Shown: positions 60,762 through 64,000 of the stretch, in pieces
How positions within the stretch are numbered: the stretch's first letter is position 1
How the letters are laid out: each line of letters opens with the position of its first letter
Assembly: GCA_965203355.1 (NCBI GenBank)
Contig: OZ241889.1
Location: forward strand, 1,248,001 to 1,312,000
Source of the DNA: Candidatus Latescibacterota bacterium
GTDB lineage: Bacteria; Latescibacterota; UBA2968; UBA8231
Reading direction: 5' to 3'
Length of the DNA: 64,000 nucleotides
Translations under genes and position numbers: made by a program
The notes under the pieces: generated by a model
Seen by the model: the letters and a program-made list of their open reading frames with translations, nothing else
Database searches by the model: none
Told to the model about the DNA's origin: nothing

Positions 60762-60959
60762 ATGGCTTTTTCGCATACGAATTCCAAGGGGGTCGCGTAC
60801 ATTCTGCATTCCCGGACCACGACCCTCAAAAACGGGAACTCGCAGACGATTTACTTTTTTTCTAAAACTGAAAAGGAAGGGGCGCTCGACGCCGTGCCGG
60901 ACGGCTATGCGGTGTCTGAGAGCAAAAACGGCCTACCCGTGCTGAAGCGCAGTAAGTAA
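60762..60959 (+). CDS. Small hypothetical protein (65 aa)
   Basis: SD AAGGAG; compact ORF NSKG..YILH...QTIYFFSK...GLPVLK; followed by a terminator. Confidence 0.8.
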   Translation: MAFSHTNSKGVAYILHSRTTTLKNGNSQTIYFFSKTEKEGALDAVPDGYAVSESKNGLPVLKRSK

Positions 60960-60982
60960 GTCGCCTCGGCGGTACCTCGTTC

Positions 60983-61036
60983 AGACCGGTTCTTTTTCTT
61001 AGTATTCCCCAAAAAGAAAAGGGACCGGTCTTTTTT
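60983..61036 (+). terminator. Intrinsic terminator
   Basis: AGACCGGTTCTTTTTCT/AGAAAAGGGACCGGTCT stem then T-run. Confidence 0.7.
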
Positions 61037-61097
61037 ATGCCCAAAAGGGGCTGCGGTCGCGCTTTTGTCGAGCGTAGCGTTGTCCTATACTATGGGC

Positions 61098-61817
61098 ATG
61101 ATGCCAAAAACAGTAAGCGAACAGGCTGCGGTCAACTTGCAGCAACGGCTGGCCGAAAACCCCTACGTAGGCCGCGGCATTGTCATTGGGCGGGCTGTGG
61201 AGGGGACTTGGATGCAGGTTTACTGGATCGCAGGGCGAAGTGCCAACAGCCGCAACCGCATCTTCGTCGTCGAAGGCGACGTATTGCGAACTGAAGCAGC
61301 CGATCCCGCGAAGTTGAGCGACCCCACGCTCATTATTTACAACGCTATGCGAGTTTGCGCTCGGCGCAGTATTGTCTCCAACGGGGTCCATACCGACGCC
61401 ATATACGCGGGTTTTAACGCTGGCCGCAATTTTGCCGAGAGCTTGGCTGGCTGGCTACACGAGCCGGACCCGCCTAACTACACACCACGCATAGCGGGTT
61501 ATGTCGATGTGGAGGCCGATGAGGCTTGGCTCGCCATCCTCAAGGCTAGCCCTTTTAACCCCGAGCGCAGCGAACGCCACTTCTTCCGCTTTGACTGCGT
61601 CGAGCCGGGCTACGGTTACGCCATCACTACGTACGACTCAGACGGCGAGCCGCTGCCCTCATTTTCTGGAGTTCCCTACCTATTGCCCCTCACCGCCGCG
61701 CCTACTCGTCTCTGGGAAGCCTTAAGCCCCGATCACCGGATCGCACTTGCAGTGCGCCGCATCGCAGCCGATGGCGCAGTCGAAACCAAGATCATCAACC
61801 GCTATGAGGCGGTATAG
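61098..61817 (+). CDS. IMP cyclohydrolase-like protein (PurO-type Ntn fold)
   Basis: NPYVGRGIVIG, GRSANSRNR, LIIYN, SNG.HTD, EPDPPNYTPRI. Confidence 0.85.
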   Translation: MMPKTVSEQAAVNLQQRLAENPYVGRGIVIGRAVEGTWMQVYWIAGRSANSRNRIFVVEGDVLRTEAADPAKLSDPTLIIYNAMRVCARRSIVSNGVHTDAIYAGFNAGRNFAESLAGWLHEPDPPNYTPRIAGYVDVEADEAWLAILKASPFNPERSERHFFRFDCVEPGYGYAITTYDSDGEPLPSFSGVPYLLPLTAAPTRLWEALSPDHRIALAVRRIAADGAVETKIINRYEAV

Positions 61818-62845
61818 CCTCTGTACGCGCGGTGGCAAAGAAAAAGCACGGCAACAAACAGAGCCACGGCTACTGCCTGATGCAGCGAGGCCAAGGCCAA
61901 GGGTACGTGCGCGACGACCGTGCCGATTCCCAAGCCGATCTGCACCGCTACCAAGCAGAGGATTAGGCTGGCTCCAGTTTTCAGTGCTGTGTGGCGGGCG
62001 ACCGCCCAGAGTACTAGTGCTAGCCCGAGGACTGCAAAGGCAAAGAAGCGGTGTTGGAAGTGGACGGTGATGGGGTTGTCGAGCAGGTTTACGAGGAGCG
62101 GCTGCATAGACCACAAGCCGGCCGGAAGCCAAACCCCGAACATTTTGGGGAAGGTGTCCGATAGGTAGCCGGCCTTGAGTCCGGCGACGAGGCCACCAGC
62201 GGCGATCTGGAGGGAGACGCCGGCAAATAGCCAAATGCAAAGACGGCGCACGGTGCGGGGCACCGACTGAGCCGCTGCCGCAGGCGATAGATAGCCTAGG
62301 GCTTGCCAGAGGCAAGCGGCCAAAAGGGCGAGGGCGCAACAAAGGTGCAAGGTCAAGCGCAGGTGACTTACTTGGGGCCGGTCGTCTAAGCCGCTTTTGA
62401 CCATTAGCCAGCCCACCAAGCCTTGGAGGGCGAAGAGCAGGCCAATGCCTAGATAGGCAGGTATGTGGGCGCGGGGAACGGCTCGGCACCAGAGGAAATA
62501 GATCAGGGGCATTACAAAGAGCAACCCGGCCAGTCGGCCGAGCAAGCGGTGGCCGAACTCCATGTAGTAGATAAATTTGAATGCGCCCAACTCCATGCCA
62601 TAGTTGACGAGTTGGTATTCGGGCGTCTGCTGGTACTTGGTGAATTCGCTTTCCCAGGCCGCAGCACTGAGCGGCGGAACGACGCCGGTGACCACGTTCC
62701 ACTCGACGATAGACAGGCCCGAGCGGGTCAGGCGCACCCACCCCCCGTACAATATGAGGACGACGATGAGAGCTGAGACAGCGAAGAGCCAGATGGCGAG
62801 TTGGCGATGGGTGGTCATGTGGCGGGGTTTGAACAAATCACTCAT
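61802..62845 (-). CDS. ctaA: Heme A synthase (COX15/CtaA)
   Basis: GGWVRLTRSGLSIVEW, EFGHRLLGR, GWLMVKSGL, HFQHR, HQ. Confidence 0.93.
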   Translation of the reverse strand: MSDLFKPRHMTTHRQLAIWLFAVSALIVVLILYGGWVRLTRSGLSIVEWNVVTGVVPPLSAAAWESEFTKYQQTPEYQLVNYGMELGAFKFIYYMEFGHRLLGRLAGLLFVMPLIYFLWCRAVPRAHIPAYLGIGLLFALQGLVGWLMVKSGLDDRPQVSHLRLTLHLCCALALLAACLWQALGYLSPAAAAQSVPRTVRRLCIWLFAGVSLQIAAGGLVAGLKAGYLSDTFPKMFGVWLPAGLWSMQPLLVNLLDNPITVHFQHRFFAFAVLGLALVLWAVARHTALKTGASLILCLVAVQIGLGIGTVVAHVPLALASLHQAVAVALFVAVLFLCHRAYRGYTAS

Positions 62846-62914
62846 AGAAAATACGCTGTGGCGATATATTGGCAACTTTTGTCACGTCGCCGTACGCGAT
62901 AGAAGGAGGTACGT

Positions 62915-63655
62915 GTGAAGCTAGCAAACAAAGAAGCGTTGGTAACGGGTGGGTCCACTGGCATTGGCCGGGCGGCTGCCGAGTTGTTCGCGCAGGAAGG
63001 TGCCCGCGTCCACATCGTGGACTACAACGAATCGGAGGGCCGAGCGGCTGTGGAGCAGATCGAGGCCGCAGGGGGCCAAGCGCATTTCTACGCCACGGAC
63101 GTGCGCCTCGAAGAGAGCATGGCCGCGTCGGTCGCGCAGATCAGAGAGCGCACCGCTCGCCTCGATGTGGCGGTTTTTGCGGCCGGAGTCTTGAAGGGGG
63201 CGTACAAAACCATTGAGGAGCTGTCGGAGGAGGATTGGGATGCGACGCTCGACACGAATCTGAAGGGCACCTTTCTCTCGGCCAAATACGCGACGCCGCT
63301 TTTGGCGGCCGCCGGCCAATCCGTGCTGCTGATCATTGCCTCGGGAGCGGGTGTACGGGGCGGTTCCTCGTCCTATGCTTATGCTGCGAGCAAGGCTGGT
63401 CAACACGGATTGCACTACAAGCTCGAAGGTGAGTTGGGGCCGCAGGGGGTGCGCTTGCACGTGATTTGCCCTGGCGGTATTGCAACGCCGCTGAAGCTAA
63501 AGAATATAGCGCAGGGGGCCGAAGCCGCAGGCCGCGATCCAGAGGAAGCAAAGCGGAACGCCGTGCTGGGAGACCCGATGGGCGTGGCGCGGGTGCTGGC
63601 GTTTTTGGCTTCTGAGGAGGGGTCTTACGTGCGGGGGACGGTGTTCACTCGGTAG
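62915..63655 (+). CDS. SDR family oxidoreductase
   Basis: TGGSTGIG, NLKG, YAASK, CPG. Confidence 0.93.
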   Translation: MKLANKEALVTGGSTGIGRAAAELFAQEGARVHIVDYNESEGRAAVEQIEAAGGQAHFYATDVRLEESMAASVAQIRERTARLDVAVFAAGVLKGAYKTIEELSEEDWDATLDTNLKGTFLSAKYATPLLAAAGQSVLLIIASGAGVRGGSSSYAYAASKAGQHGLHYKLEGELGPQGVRLHVICPGGIATPLKLKNIAQGAEAAGRDPEEAKRNAVLGDPMGVARVLAFLASEEGSYVRGTVFTR

Positions 63656-63764
63656 CGTCAGGCGCGTTCCCAACGGCTGGAGCCTCGGAAGCCATGTTGC
63701 TGCCGTGGTTTTCGCCGCTGTCTGCGTTCGACCGACTTAAGACGGAAGGAGATTATTCAAAATC

Positions 63765-64000
63765 ATGCCTATGCCAGCTTACAAACAACTGCGCCGACCG
63801 ATCCTTGAAATAGTAGCTGCGGCAAAAGAAGATGTAGTCTCTAAGCACTATGTCAGGGAATCGCTTTGCCAACTCTTCTCGCTGACTGATGATGATCTGC
63901 TAGAAAAAACACTCTCTGGACGACCAATGAAGTTTGAAGATCGCCTGAGTGACGGGATTTATTACTTAAAAAAAGCTGGCCTGCTACAATCCCCTACACG
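63765..64000 (+). CDS. Mrr N-terminal-like winged-helix protein (partial, runs off the window)
   Basis: Manual translation MPMPAYKQLRRPILE...FSLTDDDL...SG...FEDR....YYLKKAGLLQSP; SD AAGGAG upstream. Confidence 0.7.
   Translation, partial: MPMPAYKQLRRPILEIVAAAKEDVVSKHYVRESLCQLFSLTDDDLLEKTLSGRPMKFEDRLSDGIYYLKKAGLLQSPT

Overview
GC-rich (roughly 60-65%) bacterial chromosome segment with about 60 genes. The FlgD-Ig 'NYPNPFNP' C-terminal domain, the 'TWGxIK' C-terminal motif, porX-tsaE synteny, ankyrin lipoproteins, a sulfatase and sugar-acid enzymes suggest a non-Bacteroidota FCB-group organism such as Latescibacterota, possibly host-associated (inference). No rRNA, tRNA or CRISPR array was seen. 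The clearest unannotated system lies upstream of thrS: a promoter placed to give a leaderless 26-aa peptide with seven consecutive Thr codons, followed by mutually exclusive antiterminator/terminator hairpins, i.e. a candidate ribosome-mediated attenuator of threonyl-tRNA synthetase. Other highlights are a bacterial CxxCH-bearing temptin-like secreted protein beside copA, a histidine kinase with a triplicated sensor domain upstream of porX, a T9SS/Omp85-rich envelope region, an Rpn gene with an internal SD/ATG (RpnS-like), a 20-unit heptamer array, palindromic repeats ahead of a consensus promoter and long leader, and several internally deleted genes. All product calls come from motif recognition by eye; no searches were run.
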